This document shows, in pieces, positions 62,592-64,000 of a stretch of DNA of 64,000 nt (its first letter is position 1; each line of letters opens with the position of its first letter). This DNA comes from Dehalococcoidia bacterium. Its GTDB lineage: Bacteria; Chloroflexota; Dehalococcoidia; UBA2979. The position numbers and the translations under genes are program-made. The stretch spans positions 920,605-984,604 of the forward strand of contig OZ241365.1 in the NCBI GenBank assembly GCA_965200555.1, in the 5' to 3' direction. The notes under the pieces were generated by a model. It was given only the letters and a program-made list of their open reading frames with translations. It ran no database searches and was not told where the DNA came from.

Positions 62592-63545
62592 ATGGGTCGG
62601 TACATCATCCGGAGGCTGCTGACCGCCCTCCCGTCGCTCGTGATCGTGACGATCCTGATCGCCGGCCTGGTGCGGCTCCAGCCCGGCGACGTGGTGATGG
62701 CGCGCCTGTCCGAAGCGGGCTACGTCGAGCAGGAAGACATCGACAGGATGCGGGCCGATCTGGGCCTCGACAAGAGTTTCCCTCAGCAGTACGTCGAGTG
62801 GGCGCTCGGCGTGCTGCGGGGCGACCTCGGCGAATCGCTGTGGAGCGAGGGGACGTCGGTGCTGGGGCAGCTGGGTCAGCGCTCGCGGCTCTCGGTGCAG
62901 CTGGCGCTGATGGCGATGTTCGTGGCGGTGCTGGCGGCGATTCCGCTGGGCATCATCTCGGCGGTGCGCCAGGACAGCTGGATGGACTACGCGTCAAGGC
63001 TGTTCTCGATCTCGGGGCTGTCCATCCCGGACTTCTTCCTGGCGACCATGCTGCTGTACGTACTCTCCGTCTGGGTCGGGTGGCTACCCGAGTTCGGCTA
63101 CACGCCGCCGTGGGAAGACCCGTGGAAGAACTTCACGGCCCTGATCTTCCCGGCGCTGATCGTGGGCTACCGCTTCAGCGCGATCAGCGCGCGCATGACG
63201 CGCTCGGCGATGCTCGAGGTGCTGCGCCAGGACTACGTGCGGACGGCGCGGGCCAAGGGGCTGGTGGAGCGCGTGATCATCTTCAAGCACGCGCTGCGTA
63301 ACGCGCTGATCCCGGTGATCACGATCATGGGCAGCCAGCTGACGTTCCTGCTCGGTGGCCTCGTGATCATCGAGACCGTGTTCTCGCTGCCGGGCGTGGG
63401 CCGGATGGGCGTCGACGCGATCCTCGTCCGCGACTACCCGAGCGTGCAGGGCGTGGTGCTCTTCACCGCGCTCCTGTTCATCTTCTCGAACCTGCTGGTC
63501 GACCTCTCGTACGCGCTGATCGACCCGCGCATCCGGTACTCGTAG
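62592..63545 (+). CDS. ABC transporter permease (OppB/DppB-type, binding-protein-dependent transport system inner membrane component)
   Basis: MGRYIIRRLLTALPSLVIVTILIAGLVRLQPGD is the canonical OppB N-terminus, and there is an EAA-like loop ...YVRTARAKGL. -10-like TATGAT elements lie at about 62481 and 62527. Confidence 0.82.
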   Translation: MGRYIIRRLLTALPSLVIVTILIAGLVRLQPGDVVMARLSEAGYVEQEDIDRMRADLGLDKSFPQQYVEWALGVLRGDLGESLWSEGTSVLGQLGQRSRLSVQLALMAMFVAVLAAIPLGIISAVRQDSWMDYASRLFSISGLSIPDFFLATMLLYVLSVWVGWLPEFGYTPPWEDPWKNFTALIFPALIVGYRFSAISARMTRSAMLEVLRQDYVRTARAKGLVERVIIFKHALRNALIPVITIMGSQLTFLLGGLVIIETVFSLPGVGRMGVDAILVRDYPSVQGVVLFTALLFIFSNLLVDLSYALIDPRIRYS

Positions 63546-63582
63546 GCCGGCGCGACGAGGCGCAGGAAAGGCGAATCGACTG

Positions 63583-64000
63583 ATGGCGACGACGACCGCG
63601 GACGCCACCTTCTCCGGCATCGCCGCGCGGCAGCGCCACCCGGCGCTGGACTCGACGATCAAGATCGTGCGCAGCCCGGTGGGCGCCGGGTCGTCCGCCG
63701 TGATCCTCGGGCTGATCGCGGTGGCGGCGCTGGCGCCCTGGATCGCCCCGTTCGACCCGCAGGAGATCTCGCGCGACAAGCTGGTCGCGCCGGGCGAGGC
63801 CGGGCACCTGCTCGGCGCCGACGGGATCGGCCGCGACATCCTCTCGCGCCTCATGTACGGCGCGCGCATCTCGCTCTACGCCGGCTTCCTGACCGTCGGC
63901 TTCGGCACGCTGGTGGGAGCGATCATCGGGCTCGTGTCCGGCTTCGCCGGCGGCTGGGTCGACCTCACGATCCAGCGCGTGGTGGACGCCATCCAGTCGT
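63583..64000 (+). CDS. ABC transporter permease (OppC/DppC-type), 3'-truncated by window end
   Basis: ...PWIAPFDP......LLGADGIGRDILSRLMYGARISL is the typical OppC N-terminal region. It follows the OppB-type gene. Confidence 0.75.
   Translation, partial: MATTTADATFSGIAARQRHPALDSTIKIVRSPVGAGSSAVILGLIAVAALAPWIAPFDPQEISRDKLVAPGEAGHLLGADGIGRDILSRLMYGARISLYAGFLTVGFGTLVGAIIGLVSGFAGGWVDLTIQRVVDAIQS

Overview
This is a very high-GC (~70-72%) bacterial chromosomal segment. It uses GTG/TTG starts often, has AGGAGG-type RBSs, and many 4-nt ATGA/GTGA stop-start overlaps. The gene content (F420-type LLM oxidoreductase, PAC2, Uma2, atpZ) fits an actinobacterial or Thermomicrobia-like Chloroflexota lineage, but I cannot assign it from sequence alone.

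Core content runs in this order: pepN; a tandem NucS-like/DUF4268 nuclease pair translationally coupled to hemB-HAD-hemL; dnaN; a lipB-lipA-aceE-E2-lpd operon; murI-pyrF; a bifunctional-nuclease gene; a complete F1Fo ATP synthase operon (atpZ-B-E-F-H-A-G-D-C); Uma2; PAC2; yqaA; iscA; recQ; and a Liv-type ABC transporter with a fused double substrate-binding lipoprotein.

Accessory or unusual content: (1) an about 3.3 kb tandem array of paralogous secreted-protein genes, each preceded by a conserved GGGGGTATACTCGCGG promoter-like element and riddled with unequal-crossover scars; these genes share a novel sequence module with a 1159-aa surface protein elsewhere in the window; (2) two low-GC cassettes, each flanked by a direct duplication of the 3' end of the neighbouring gene (135 bp perfect repeats at 60.8/61.7 kb; a degenerate livM 3' end repeat at 50.55/51.9 kb), one carrying a SEC-C-motif protein and the other a chimeric lipoprotein gene that contains a 64-nt copy of the atpF 3' end; (3) an intact IS481-family IS with 6-bp CCTAGT target duplications exactly at the iscA stop codon; (4) a recQ gene followed 22 nt later by a zinc-ribbon/DUF4145 (HEPN-like) gene.

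I saw no CRISPR array, rRNA or tRNA. Most long ORFs in the track are antisense or out-of-frame artefacts of the GC content and were rejected.
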